From Sedimentisphaerales bacterium (GTDB lineage Bacteria; Planctomycetota; Phycisphaerae; Sedimentisphaerales; Anaerobacaceae), in NCBI GenBank assembly GCA_040772485.1, contig JAXGYC010000008.1, forward strand, positions 160,001-224,000: a DNA stretch of 64,000 nucleotides, in the 5' to 3' direction. Below the pieces are notes generated by a model. The model saw only the letters and a program-made list of their open reading frames with translations, was not told the DNA's origin and searched no databases. Made by a program: the position numbers and the translations under genes. This document shows, one piece after another, positions 18,316 to 28,764 of the stretch (positions within the stretch are counted from its first letter, which is position 1; each line of letters begins with the position of its first letter).

Positions 18316-19218
18316 ATGAAATGCCTGATCGGTCGACGCAGCTTTCTGGGGCTGATGGGAACGACAGTCGCTTGGCGCAGTATTCGCGCTGCCTCCACGG
18401 GGCTTCCTGTGGAGCCGACCGATGCGCCCGCGTGGCGGATGCGGCTGTCCGCTTCCTCGATCTGTTTCTCGGAGCTGCCCATCGAACAGGCCTGCGAGCG
18501 AATCGCCCGCTTAGGCTTTGAGGCCATCGACATCTGGTCGGCCCATGAGGGCTGTCCGCATCTGGATGACGTCGCATCGCGTTTGGGGCCGGAGGGGCTT
18601 AAGGAACTGCTGGCCAAGCACAGACTGAAGCTGTGCGGCTTCTCCGTGTACCAGGGCGGCTACGCCCGCTACGCGGAGTTGCTGGGCCAAGCGGGAGGCG
18701 GTGTCGCCGTTCAGGGCAGTGCACCGCCCTGCGAGCCGCAGGAGCTCAAGGCCCGGATGCACCAGTTCCTCGAAAGCCTCCAGCCTTTGGTCGACCTGGC
18801 GGAGAAGCACAACTCGTACCTGGCGATCGAGAACCACGGCGATGCCCTTCTGGATTCGCTCGATTCGCTCGAAGCATTCGTTGAGGCCAACAGGTCGCCC
18901 CGACTGGGGATCGCCCTGGCCCCCTACCACCTCCAGACGCGGCAGGCCTCCGTGCCGCAGGCCATTCGCATCTGCGGGTCGCAACTGTTCTTCTTCTATG
19001 CCTGGCAGCAGCAGGCCGACGTGAAGCAGCTTCCGGGCGTCGGCTCGACGGACATGACGCCGTGGGTCCGCGCCCTGGCCGACATTCGCTACCGTGGCTA
19101 CGTCAATCCCTTCATGCACGGGCATCCGGGAACGGACGTGATGGCGGCGAATCTCGCCCTCGCGCGAGACTACCTGAAGGACTGTCACACGCGAATCCGC
19201 GAGACGACAGAATCATAG
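18316..19218 (+). CDS. Tat-exported sugar phosphate isomerase/epimerase-like TIM barrel (AP_endonuc_2)
   Basis: GRRSFL, LAIENH, LPGVG..D, Y.GY. Confidence 0.85.
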   Translation: MKCLIGRRSFLGLMGTTVAWRSIRAASTGLPVEPTDAPAWRMRLSASSICFSELPIEQACERIARLGFEAIDIWSAHEGCPHLDDVASRLGPEGLKELLAKHRLKLCGFSVYQGGYARYAELLGQAGGGVAVQGSAPPCEPQELKARMHQFLESLQPLVDLAEKHNSYLAIENHGDALLDSLDSLEAFVEANRSPRLGIALAPYHLQTRQASVPQAIRICGSQLFFFYAWQQQADVKQLPGVGSTDMTPWVRALADIRYRGYVNPFMHGHPGTDVMAANLALARDYLKDCHTRIRETTES

Positions 19219-19247
19219 GGGCTTCCGTTCTTGCCCCATCGCGAGGT

Positions 19248-20474
19248 CTATTCCACTGTCCACAGGGTGAGCGCCTCTTTGTCCTTGATGTAGATTCTGT
19301 TGCCTGCCACGATCGGGTAGGCATACACCTGCTCCTGGGCGACGTTGTATCGGGCCAGTTCCGTGTACGCCTTGTCGCTGGGCTCGATCACGAGGAGTTC
19401 GGAGACAGGCAGAGCCAACAGGACGGGGCCGACGTCGAGCACCGTTCCGAACCGGCCGTATCTGACTGTATCGGTCCAGAGCGTCTGCCCGTCGCGGGCC
19501 CTCAGGCAGTAGATGTTGTTGCCGGGATCGGAGATGCCGAACAGCAAGCCGTTCTTCAGGACCGGCGTATTGTACCCCCCGCCGATCTCGCCATTGCTCC
19601 ACAGCTCGCTCACAGAGCAACCGCTGTCCTTCTTCTCAATCCGGACGGCCTTCGTGCCGGTTCCCTGCCCGGTGTAGATCACGGTCTGCCCATCCACAAT
19701 CGGGGTGACGGAGCTGTAGAACCTCTGGCGGAGGGGCGTCGTGGCTTTCCACAGGAGCTTGCCGTCGGAGACGCCGATGCCAATGAGATCCGTCTCAACG
19801 TGCACAACGAGCGTCTGGACGTCGTCGAGCGTCATCAAGACAGGCGAAGAATACGTCGGGCCGGCGCCGGACCACTTCCACTTCGGATCACCTGTGGCAA
19901 GATCGTATGCGATGATCGCCCCTGCGCCCTCCTTGCCGAGATGGGCGATGCACAACCCCTCCACGACGATGGGTGACATCGCGGCGTAGAACCGCGGCCA
20001 CGCACCAGGGAACTCCTCCCTGGTCCACAGCACCTTGCCGCTGGCAGCGTCGAGGCACGAGAGCACACCGGCGACCCCCAGCGTCACGACCTTCCCCTCC
20101 GCAACGGTTGGCGAGCTTCTGGGTCCGGAATGCTGGGCAGGCCCGCCCGTCACATGCGGCGCAGGGTGTTTGTCGTGCCACAGCTCCTTGCCGTCTTCGG
20201 CGTTGAGACACATCGCGACTTCCTCATCGCCCTGTCGAGCGAAGACGTACAGCCTCCCGCCCACCAGGGCAGGCGTCGCGTCGCCCAAGCCCACCGCCAC
20301 CGTCCACCGGCGCGTCAGCTCCTTGGGCCAGGTCTGGGGCACAGCAAACCCACTGATCTTGGCGTCCCGATCGGGCCCGCGCCATTGCGGCCAATCCTGC
20401 CCCCAGGCGCACGCGGCTGTCAGCACGATCGCACCGCCGACCAACATGAACAAGCTCCGATTCGCCGTTTCCAT
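19248..20474 (-). CDS. PQQ-binding-like beta-propeller (BamB-like) protein
   Basis: Signal peptide, DWPQWRGP, repeated L.A..GK.LW motifs. Confidence 0.9.
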   Translation of the reverse strand: METANRSLFMLVGGAIVLTAACAWGQDWPQWRGPDRDAKISGFAVPQTWPKELTRRWTVAVGLGDATPALVGGRLYVFARQGDEEVAMCLNAEDGKELWHDKHPAPHVTGGPAQHSGPRSSPTVAEGKVVTLGVAGVLSCLDAASGKVLWTREEFPGAWPRFYAAMSPIVVEGLCIAHLGKEGAGAIIAYDLATGDPKWKWSGAGPTYSSPVLMTLDDVQTLVVHVETDLIGIGVSDGKLLWKATTPLRQRFYSSVTPIVDGQTVIYTGQGTGTKAVRIEKKDSGCSVSELWSNGEIGGGYNTPVLKNGLLFGISDPGNNIYCLRARDGQTLWTDTVRYGRFGTVLDVGPVLLALPVSELLVIEPSDKAYTELARYNVAQEQVYAYPIVAGNRIYIKDKEALTLWTVE

Positions 20475-20715
20475 GGTACATACCTCCCGAATGGATGATC
20501 GATTGACAGAACCGGGATCCCCGGCCTGGCCCGAGCGAGGAAACGCCACGTTGCCTGCTTGCGAGCTTAAAGCCGGCAGTCTGAGACCGAAACGACCCGA
20601 CGCTGAGGCAGTATTATGATGTCTGTGCCGCGAAAGGGCAAATACCGTTCGCGCCACGCCCGTTGCACACATGCCCGGTCCCAAGCCTGGGGCGTGGAGG
20701 GCGTGGGGCCACAGG

Positions 20716-21525
20716 CTACCGAGAGTTCGGCGCTGTGGTCAAAATGTCAGGGTGCCGGTCGGACAGTGAGGTGTGGCAACTGCCGCATACCATTCTACCC
20801 AGCACGTCCTTTTGTTCGCCATCTCGCCCGTGACAAGCGTTGCACCGTCCCACCTGCGGATCGGCGATCAGCGAACGAGGGGCCTGTCCCGACAAGCTCT
20901 CGTTGAGCACGATGACGGTCCGCCTGGCGGTATCGGCCGTGAGACGCGCGCACCGCTCCATGTGCTCCTTGCCCGCCACGGGATATCCGGAAGCCTTGCT
21001 CCACAGAGCTACCGAGGGATGGCATAGAACCGACCGAGCGACGGACCCCGGCATCGGCACATCCAGCCTGGGCCTGATGGGAACGTACACGGGGAGTTCC
21101 GCCTGTTCGTACCACAGGAACACCTGGCTGGTCAGGCTCACCTGCTGCTCTCCTGCGGATGCAAAAAGTGCGATCGCCGCCGCCGCACCGTTGAGAGCAC
21201 CGCACAGAGAGCCCCAGCTCGCGACTCCGCCGGCGCCATAAGTCATCATCGAGCATGGGAAAGACCGATAGGGTTCGCCATATCGCTCAGCCAGTTGCCA
21301 GACGATGCCCTTGAAGACGCCGTACATGCAGTGGCCGTCGTAGTGATATTGATAGGCCCGCTCGGCGGTCGTCTCGGGGTCCAATACCCGATAGGGCCAG
21401 GGGAGCGCACCAGGGCCTGTCTCGCTCTGCGTGCTCTTTCTCTCCGCTGGCGCGCAGGACGACAGGATGCAGGCCCCTGCCGCAATGCCTGCGGCACTGA
21501 ACACCTCTCTTCGCGTCAGTTGCAT
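20716..21525 (-). CDS. Tat-exported split-Soret cytochrome c-like (C-GCAxxG-C-C family) protein with C-terminal diheme segment
   Basis: TRREVF, GHCMYG, LCGALNG, LCH, ERCARL, then CNACH and CGSCH. Confidence 0.82.
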   Translation of the reverse strand: MQLTRREVFSAAGIAAGACILSSCAPAERKSTQSETGPGALPWPYRVLDPETTAERAYQYHYDGHCMYGVFKGIVWQLAERYGEPYRSFPCSMMTYGAGGVASWGSLCGALNGAAAAIALFASAGEQQVSLTSQVFLWYEQAELPVYVPIRPRLDVPMPGSVARSVLCHPSVALWSKASGYPVAGKEHMERCARLTADTARRTVIVLNESLSGQAPRSLIADPQVGRCNACHGRDGEQKDVLGRMVCGSCHTSLSDRHPDILTTAPNSR

Positions 21526-21669
21526 GTCCCGGTCTCCAGTACCCAATCGCCAGTTCACTGCTCCGCATCCTGGTGCGGCGTCGGCACAGTCCGAAAGACG
21601 CAGCGCCACTGCCTGAAGCCCCTGCGACACCGTAGGGCGGCTCGGCCCGGATTCGAGCTGCTGGGCCTC

Positions 21670-21698
21670 AGAGTAGAAGCAGATCCACTGCCTGTCAA
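21670..21698 (-). promoter_or_regulatory. sigma70-like promoter for the cytochrome gene
   Basis: Minus strand TTGACA-17nt-TACTCT. Confidence 0.55.
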
Positions 21699-21841
21699 TC
21701 CGCGATTCTCCGGCGGACCTCATCGAAATTGCCCCCGCATGGAGCAGTTTCGATGACGCCTGGGCAGTGAAGCAGTCGCACATACCTTGAGCCGTGGTTC
21801 CGCCGCTCGCCCGGCGTCGCGTCACGAATCGGATTCCATTC

Positions 21842-21869
21842 TTGACATTGTCCACCTTTATGATAATAT
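21842..21869 (+). promoter_or_regulatory. sigma70-like promoter for asnA
   Basis: TTGACA-16nt-TAATAT in an AT-rich patch. Confidence 0.5.
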
Positions 21870-21922
21870 TCGGTCAGCGTGTGACACGATAGAAACGCGT
21901 CCGCAGTCCCAGGAGATGCCCA

Positions 21923-23053
21923 ATGCACGACAAGAAAGCTGACCTGGTCGGTCCCGGAATCGGCGACTACGCCGAACTCGAAAAGATCCTCCCGCACGAC
22001 TACCACTCCCTCCTGTCACCCAAAGAAACACAAATCGCCACCTACGCGGTGAAGGACTACATCGAACAGAACCTCTGCAAGGAGCTTAACCTCATCCGAG
22101 TCACCGTCCCTCTGATCGTGGACGTCAGCAGCGGCGTCAACGACTACCTCGATCGCGACGGCTCGCGCACCCCCGTTCGCTTCCGCATCTCGAACGACCA
22201 CAGCAAGAATCCCGTCGACGCCGAGGTCGTTCAGGCGGCCACAAAATGGAAACGCATGGCGCTCAAGCAGTTTGACATGCAGGCCGGCGAAGGCCTGGTC
22301 ACGGACATGCGGGCGGTCCGCAAGGACTACTTCCTCGATCATGATCACAGCGCCTATGTGGACCAGTGGGATTGGGAATTGGCCATCACGAAGGACCAGC
22401 GAAACGTGGAGTTCCTCAAGCAGGTCGTCCGGAAGATCTGGAACGTCCTCAAGGGCGCCGAAGTGCACGTGCAGCAGCTCTTCCCACAGCTCAAGACGGA
22501 CAAGTACCCCGATCTGCCGGACGAGCTGACTTTCCTCCACGCGGAGGAAATCCTCGAACGATATCCCGACCTGCCTCGCAAGCAGCGGGAGACGCGGATC
22601 GCGCAGGAGTATCGGGCCGTCTTCATCATCGGCATCGGCTGGGTGCTCCAGGACGGCTATCCTCACGAGATGAGGGCGGCCGACTACGACGACTGGGCCA
22701 CGGAGACCACCTCCGGTGACGGCCGCCCGATGCACGGCCTGAACGGCGACATCCTCGTCTGGAACCCTGTGACCAAGCGCCGGCATGAACTGACGTCCAT
22801 GGGCATCCGCGTCACCGCCGAGTCTCTGAAAAAGCAACTGGGGATCACGGGCCAATTGGATATGCTGAAACTGCCCTATCACCAGGCGATCCTGAACGAT
22901 CACATTCCACTGAGCATCGGTGGCGGCATCGGCCAGTCCCGCACGTTCATGCTGCTGCTGAAGAAGGCTCACCTCGGCGAGGTCAGCGCGACCGTCTGGC
23001 CCAAGATCCTCAAGGACATGTGCAGGCAGAAGAACATTCACGTGATCGAGTAG
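21923..23053 (+). CDS. asnA: Aspartate--ammonia ligase (asparagine synthetase A)
   Basis: EVVQAATKWKR, HSAYVDQWDWE, RAADYDDW, GLNGDILVW, SIGGGIGQSR. Confidence 0.95.
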   Translation: MHDKKADLVGPGIGDYAELEKILPHDYHSLLSPKETQIATYAVKDYIEQNLCKELNLIRVTVPLIVDVSSGVNDYLDRDGSRTPVRFRISNDHSKNPVDAEVVQAATKWKRMALKQFDMQAGEGLVTDMRAVRKDYFLDHDHSAYVDQWDWELAITKDQRNVEFLKQVVRKIWNVLKGAEVHVQQLFPQLKTDKYPDLPDELTFLHAEEILERYPDLPRKQRETRIAQEYRAVFIIGIGWVLQDGYPHEMRAADYDDWATETTSGDGRPMHGLNGDILVWNPVTKRRHELTSMGIRVTAESLKKQLGITGQLDMLKLPYHQAILNDHIPLSIGGGIGQSRTFMLLLKKAHLGEVSATVWPKILKDMCRQKNIHVIE

Positions 23054-23144
23054 AGACGGTGCGACCTCTGACAATCGGCGCCGAGCCCACAACGTCGGCC
23101 GGCGCCCGAAGGGGTCCTCACACGGCAGCAACTTCGCCCGCCCT

Positions 23145-24923
23145 TCACTTGGCCTGCTCGGCGTGAAGCCTGTCGTAGATCTCCTGCTTGAACTTCGCGG
23201 TGGTCAGGTCCCACTCGTTGAACATCTCGAGCCCCTGCCGCTCGGCGATCTCGAACAGCCGGTCGGCCTCCCGGACGCGGCTGTCCACGTCGCCGGCGTT
23301 CAGTCGCAGCTTGGCGTACATCAGCGGCATGCGGGCCACCTGCACTCGTGCCGCGAACGTGGGGTCATCCGCTGCCAGACGCTCGGCTTCATCGAACAGC
23401 CGGTCGTACTGCGCGATCAGCTCGGGGGCGAGGTAGCCGTTGCGGTGGTCCGCAGGCCCGCCGAAGATCTTCAGGTCGGCGCCGGATTTATCGAGCGCAT
23501 CGTGCATCAGGTCGATGTACCGCCGGATCGGCCTGCCCGCCGGACCGTAGTAGCCATCGAGGAAGTCGTCCATCACCATGGACGCGTCCTGGTCCGGGTC
23601 CCACATCAGCTTGGCGAGGAGGTAGCCACGCAACTCGGCGAACTCGCCGCCAATCTCGCGATTGGCCTGCGAATAGACTCCCATGACGCGATGCGACGCC
23701 AGGTGTTGCAGGTTGGGCTTGAGCACGCGCAGGTTGGGGAAAGGGCTGATCAGGTTGGCAAACTGGATCGTGTAGTCCCAGATTACGATGTTCCGCGAGA
23801 TGCCCGCCCAGCGGCCGATCTCCTCGCGAAAGGCGACGCTCTCCGACCGCTCGTCGGTGGCGAACGATTGGCTGCGATTCAACTCGAGCGTGCACAGTTG
23901 GATGCCGACGTTGGGCAGAGCTTTGAGCGAGCGAGGCGGTTTGCGGGAATACTGGTAGGCCAGCGTGGTGATGATTTTGTCGGGGAACTGAGCCGCAATC
24001 GTGTTGGTGAATTCGAGGAGCGATCCCATCGGCGTTCCTTCGCGGTCGTCCAAAGCGCGGCAGTTGGGACACTCGCAGTTGCCGGCCCAGTCCATCTGAC
24101 TGATCGACCAGTACGGCAGATGCGGCTCCTTGGCGGTCATCTCCCGCAGCCTGCGAACAACCGACTGGATCACATCCGGATTGGTCAGGCAGAGCTGCTT
24201 ATCGGGCACCCGTTTGCCAGCGACCAGAGAGAAGTACTCCGGGTGCGTCTGGAAATACTCCTTCGGCGGCACAACCGAGAAGAAGCTGTGACACCAGAGG
24301 CCCCAGTCGCCTCCTCCGTTGAGTTTGAGGCGCATCGCGATAGGACTCCCCTGCGTCGCGATGTCGCGGTAGCTCGTGCGCCGCCAGGTGAAGGCCGGCA
24401 CCTGCGTGTCGTCGATCTGACCAATCATGAGAGCGGGCCGGGAAGGGATGCGCGACGCCTCCGAGGTGTACCAGCGGCAGCCGACGTAGTCTTCCAGGAA
24501 GGTATAGACGCCATAGAGGTCGCCCAGGTCGGCTCCGCCCGCGATGACAAGATGCCCTCCGACAGTGCGGATGACGAATCCCTGGGGGCCGAGACTGGCG
24601 AAGTCGACCGTCGCAGGCAATTGATCGAGATGAGCGTTCCGGCCGATGACGATCTCGTGCTGTCCCATGGGGACCGTGTCGGAGACGATGGGCAGCTCGA
24701 CGGAGGTAACCTGCTTGAGAAAAGCCTGAAGCTCGCTGGCCGCCAGCAAGGTCCGCTCCGGGGCATCATCGGCCCGGACGATCTGGAACGGGGACCGCCC
24801 GTTCTCCACGAGCACGAGTTGAGTCGACGTGGGTCGACCGGGCTGCTGCCCCCATGCGGATCCGGACCACGAAAACGCGGCGACCAGCAGTGTCAGGATG
24901 CATCTCGAACCTCTCATGGGCAT
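23145..24923 (-). CDS. DUF4838 domain protein with GH20/GH67-like N-terminal domain, secreted
   Basis: Signal peptide, AASELQ.FL, YGVYTFLE..GCRW, HPEYFSL, QLCLTNP, CECPNC, TLAYQY. Confidence 0.85.
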   Translation of the reverse strand: MPMRGSRCILTLLVAAFSWSGSAWGQQPGRPTSTQLVLVENGRSPFQIVRADDAPERTLLAASELQAFLKQVTSVELPIVSDTVPMGQHEIVIGRNAHLDQLPATVDFASLGPQGFVIRTVGGHLVIAGGADLGDLYGVYTFLEDYVGCRWYTSEASRIPSRPALMIGQIDDTQVPAFTWRRTSYRDIATQGSPIAMRLKLNGGGDWGLWCHSFFSVVPPKEYFQTHPEYFSLVAGKRVPDKQLCLTNPDVIQSVVRRLREMTAKEPHLPYWSISQMDWAGNCECPNCRALDDREGTPMGSLLEFTNTIAAQFPDKIITTLAYQYSRKPPRSLKALPNVGIQLCTLELNRSQSFATDERSESVAFREEIGRWAGISRNIVIWDYTIQFANLISPFPNLRVLKPNLQHLASHRVMGVYSQANREIGGEFAELRGYLLAKLMWDPDQDASMVMDDFLDGYYGPAGRPIRRYIDLMHDALDKSGADLKIFGGPADHRNGYLAPELIAQYDRLFDEAERLAADDPTFAARVQVARMPLMYAKLRLNAGDVDSRVREADRLFEIAERQGLEMFNEWDLTTAKFKQEIYDRLHAEQAK

Positions 24924-25048
24924 TCTCCCATCGAATTCACCACACCGGACTTCATCACGCACTCCATGATAGCTGGTCGAGCTTCTCTTGGCTGCAAATT
25001 TCGCAAGGCGGGAATTCCCCTTTTGCCCCGGCCACAGCGCTGCACCGA

Positions 25049-25077
25049 TTGCAGGAGTCTGCCGCAGGTCGTACAAT
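25049..25077 (+). promoter_or_regulatory. sigma70-like promoter
   Basis: TTGCAG-17nt-TACAAT. Confidence 0.5.
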
Positions 25078-25131
25078 GCTCAACGATCGGCCCTGTTACG
25101 GCACAAGCATGGTTCGAACGGAGCGCACACT

Positions 25132-26169
25132 ATGAGACACACGACGATTTGCACGACGGGATTCCTGTTCCTGCTTTCGGCCGGCTTCCTGGAGATGGTC
25201 GGAACCGGCCGGGCGCGAGGCAATGCCGGCGACACGTTGGACGACGCGACCATACGCGCCCTGATCGGCGCCGTCGATCGCGGGCGAATGTCCCGGGACC
25301 TCTTCTATCTGGCCAAGGACCCGCTGCCCTTTCGCAAGCTGAACCTGACGCTGCCCGGTCACGAGAAGAACACGCTCCACGAGGCCGACGACTATCTTGC
25401 CGGCCAGTTGGAGGCGAGGGGATACCGCGTCGAGCGTGAAGGCGTCCAGGTGCAGGCGTTCCGCTGCGATACGAGCAAGCCCAAACAGCATCAGTACTCC
25501 TCTCCCAAACCGGAAGACCCGTGGTATACGGCGTACAATCTCTATGCCGAAAAGAAAGGCCGCTCGCACCCGGACCGCATCATCATGGTGCTCGCACACA
25601 AGGATTCGCAGAGCTGGGTCGATTCGCCGGGGGCCAATGACAACGCCATTGGCACCGTCGGCGTGCTGGAAATGGCACGCGTCCTCGCGGAGTACCCTTC
25701 CGAGAGCACCATCCGGTTTCTCTTCTGCAACGAGGAGCACACGCCCTGGACCAGCAGGACCGCGGCGCAGAAGGCCAAGTCGCGTGGAGACAACATCGTC
25801 GCCGCGTTCAACCTGGACGGCATCGGCGCCAAGACCGCCGAGCAGACAGCCGCAGGAAAGAAGACCAACGTGACCGCCTACACGAAGCCGGAGGGCCGGC
25901 ATCTGGCCGAGCTGATGGCCGAGGTGAACGCCCGATACTCGATCGGTCTCGAACAGCGCATGGCCGAGCGGTCCCAGCCGGGCGATGACGATGGCTCGTT
26001 CGTCCTGGCCGGCTACCCTGCGGCGGTGATCAACATCGGGTCCTGGCCCTACGGCGATCCCAATTACCACGCGGAGGGCGACATCCCGGAGGCGTGTGAC
26101 GTCGACAACGCCGCAATGACCGTGCAGGCGACGCTGGCCGCAGTGGTGACTTTCGACCGTCGCTTCTAA
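25132..26169 (+). CDS. M28 family metallopeptidase, secreted
   Basis: LAHKDS, PGANDNAIG, NEEH, NLDGIG, NYH. Confidence 0.9.
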   Translation: MRHTTICTTGFLFLLSAGFLEMVGTGRARGNAGDTLDDATIRALIGAVDRGRMSRDLFYLAKDPLPFRKLNLTLPGHEKNTLHEADDYLAGQLEARGYRVEREGVQVQAFRCDTSKPKQHQYSSPKPEDPWYTAYNLYAEKKGRSHPDRIIMVLAHKDSQSWVDSPGANDNAIGTVGVLEMARVLAEYPSESTIRFLFCNEEHTPWTSRTAAQKAKSRGDNIVAAFNLDGIGAKTAEQTAAGKKTNVTAYTKPEGRHLAELMAEVNARYSIGLEQRMAERSQPGDDDGSFVLAGYPAAVINIGSWPYGDPNYHAEGDIPEACDVDNAAMTVQATLAAVVTFDRRF

Positions 26170-26220
26170 CCGAACACGGGACGAGAGTTGTGGTGCGCCT
26201 GTGGGCGGCACTACGCACGG

Positions 26221-27006
26221 CTATGGCTCGTAGCCGAGCTTTCCCCAAGCAGCGCGTTGGACCCGCTGGATGTCCGGGTTGTCACCGACGGCGATATAGG
26301 ACTGGTAGTTGCCCTCCAGCCGGGACACTTTGACGGTACGCTGGTCCTGCCACTTCCAATATTCGGCGTGGCCGTCGCCAAAGCTGAAGTTGGTGCCGTC
26401 GCCGTGGCGGGTCGGCGGAATATCCCACCAGGAGGCCTGATTGTAGAAGATCGTCCAGCTCTGGGTGCTGGTCTTGCCCTCGTCGACGTAGACCAGACGC
26501 TCGCCCGGCCGCTTGATCTGCGAACGCCGGCGGATATAGATCTCCTTGGGCGCGCCGATTGCCGTGCTGCCCATCGCGCCGTTCATGGCGTCGACAATCG
26601 CGTAGGTGTTGACCTCGCCGCGAATGCCGGTCGGGCATTTGTAGATCTTGAGCTGGCCGATGTAAGGCCACATCGCGCCGTCCTGGATGCCCTGGATGCG
26701 CTGCTCGGTGGCCCAGCCGTCGTGGTAGTACAGCCAGCAGGGCTCCTCGTTGTCGTTGTGGCCCTCGGTGTTCTCGACGGTGCAGGCATTGACGATCTTC
26801 TGATCGTTGTCATCGGCGTACATCACCCAGGCCAGGCCGAACTGCTTGACGTTGCTCAGGCACACGGCCCGCTTGCCCTGCTCCCGCGCCCGCGAGAGGG
26901 CCGGCATCAGGATCGCCATCAGCACCGCAATGACCGCGACCACCACAAGAAGCTCGATCAGTGTGAACGCTCTTTGCCCCGCCGTGTTCCTGCCCATCGT
27001 GACCAT
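26221..27006 (-). CDS. Prepilin-type N-terminal cleavage/methylation protein with H-X9-DG C-terminus (DUF1559-like)
   Basis: [17 protein letters not shown] and [14 protein letters not shown]. Close paralogue of 11460-12260 (shared WGKLGY.P end). Start uncertain. Confidence 0.92.
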   Translation of the reverse strand: MVTMGRNTAGQRAFTLIELLVVVAVIAVLMAILMPALSRAREQGKRAVCLSNVKQFGLAWVMYADDNDQKIVNACTVENTEGHNDNEEPCWLYYHDGWATEQRIQGIQDGAMWPYIGQLKIYKCPTGIRGEVNTYAIVDAMNGAMGSTAIGAPKEIYIRRRSQIKRPGERLVYVDEGKTSTQSWTIFYNQASWWDIPPTRHGDGTNFSFGDGHAEYWKWQDQRTVKVSRLEGNYQSYIAVGDNPDIQRVQRAAWGKLGYEP

Positions 27007-27342
27007 CGTCTCTCGCGACCTCCTTCCCCCTTGGTCTTGCGCTGTCCGTGTCGTTGCGATATTCATGGCTCCTGCTCCAATTCTGTTACACCGCCAGTTT
27101 CCCTTTGCCCTCACGAGGGAGCTTCTGCACACGACGCCTCTATGCTACCAGAAACCCCGGCCCAACCACAACAATTCCAGAGCCGAATTCCGCCTGCCCG
27201 GCGAAACCACCCTCCGCGGCCGGTACCCCGAAGACAGGGCCGGAATGCGCGGAAACGATAGAATGATCTCCAATCTATGGAAAACCGGCTCGTTTTTGGC
27301 GATTCCTGGCAAGAATCCCTGCCGGACCGGCAGACAGAGACA

Positions 27343-27372
27343 TTGATCGGCGGCGGCATGGTGTGATATGAT
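27343..27372 (+). promoter_or_regulatory. sigma70-like promoter with extended -10
   Basis: TTGATC-18nt-TATGAT with TG at the extended -10 position. Confidence 0.5.
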
Positions 27373-27458
27373 GGCAGGGCTGTGCTGCAGCGCTGTCGGT
27401 GAGCGCATATGGAGCCACGGGCGCATGCGTCGGAGTACCGAACACTGAAGGAGTCCCT

Positions 27459-28742
27459 ATGCGACTGATCCTTTTTGACCGAGGCACGGAATTCAGAGAG
27501 CACTTCTTCCCCCTGACGTTGAGCCGCCCCCTGTGGGAGCTTCGCTGTGGCATCACCTCCCTTGGGGAGAAGCTCCAGGCCAGGACGGGCATCGGGGATG
27601 CCGCCTGCTTTCTGCCCGACTATCTGGCGGCAACGTACCGGACCCGGACCAGGTGCCCGGTCAACGAAACCTCGGCACTGACCGGGGACGATCTCTTTTT
27701 GGTGGATGCGCGCGTCAAGGCGAACTCCTTCGACGTCCTCGCGAGCGGCGCCGGCGAGGTGGGTCTGAACGAGCAGGGAGAGGTCCTCTATGCACGCATC
27801 CCGCAGGCCGACGCGAAAAAGCTCTCGCACGACGATTTCGAGACGTTTCTGGACGCCGCCAAGGCGAGTCTGCCGCACGCCGACCGCAGGCTCGCGACCT
27901 GGAACTACACCTGGGACCTGATCCTGGCGAATCCGGCGCAACTCGTCGCCGACTACGCTGCGGCGGGAAGGCATGGGATCGAAGGCACCATCGAGCAACC
28001 GAACGCGATCCGAGGCAACAAGAAGGACGTCTACGTCGCTCGGGGCGTCACGGTCCATCCGATGGTCGTGATCGACGCCGAGCACGGCCCGGTCTACATC
28101 GACGAGGGAGCCGAGATCCATCCGTTCACGCGAATCGAGGGCCCCTGCTACATCGGCAAAAAGTCGATTCTGCTCGGCGCCAAGTGCCGGGAAGGCAACT
28201 CGATCGGGCCGGTCTGCCGCGTCGGTGGCGAGTTGGAGGAGTCCATCATCCAGGGCTACTCCAACAAGTACCACGACGGCTTCATCGGCCACAGCTACGT
28301 GGGCGAGTGGGTCAACCTGGGGGCGCTGACGACCAACAGCGACCTGAAGAACGACTATTCCACGGTCTCCGTCATGCTGGACGGCAAGCACGCCATCGAT
28401 ACCGGCTCGCCAAAGGTCGGCGCGCTGATCGGAGACCACGCCAAGACCTCGATCGGGACCTTGTTCAACACCGGCTCCTGCATCGGCGCGATGGCGATCA
28501 TCATGGCGACGGGCAAACCCCTGCCCAAGACGATCCCGAGCTTCGCCTGGTTCGTCGAGGGCCTAGTCACCAAGGGCTTCGGTCGAAGCACGCTGTATGA
28601 GACGGCCGCGATGGCCATGAGCCGCCGCGGACGCCAGTGGACCGAGGCCGAGCAGGCGATGTGGGATGCGATCTTCGAGATCACCGCACCTATGCGAAAA
28701 GAGGCTATCCAAAAGAGCCGCAGAGCGATGATGGCAAAGTGA
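27459..28742 (+). CDS. GlmU-like putative sugar nucleotidyltransferase with left-handed beta-helix domain
   Basis: PLTLSRP.WELRCGI, GPVYI hexapeptide repeats, SNKYHDGFIGHSYVGEWVNLGA, NSDLKN. Confidence 0.88.
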   Translation: MRLILFDRGTEFREHFFPLTLSRPLWELRCGITSLGEKLQARTGIGDAACFLPDYLAATYRTRTRCPVNETSALTGDDLFLVDARVKANSFDVLASGAGEVGLNEQGEVLYARIPQADAKKLSHDDFETFLDAAKASLPHADRRLATWNYTWDLILANPAQLVADYAAAGRHGIEGTIEQPNAIRGNKKDVYVARGVTVHPMVVIDAEHGPVYIDEGAEIHPFTRIEGPCYIGKKSILLGAKCREGNSIGPVCRVGGELEESIIQGYSNKYHDGFIGHSYVGEWVNLGALTTNSDLKNDYSTVSVMLDGKHAIDTGSPKVGALIGDHAKTSIGTLFNTGSCIGAMAIIMATGKPLPKTIPSFAWFVEGLVTKGFGRSTLYETAAMAMSRRGRQWTEAEQAMWDAIFEITAPMRKEAIQKSRRAMMAK

Positions 28743-28764
28743 CGTGCAGAACAGGAGGTAGTTC

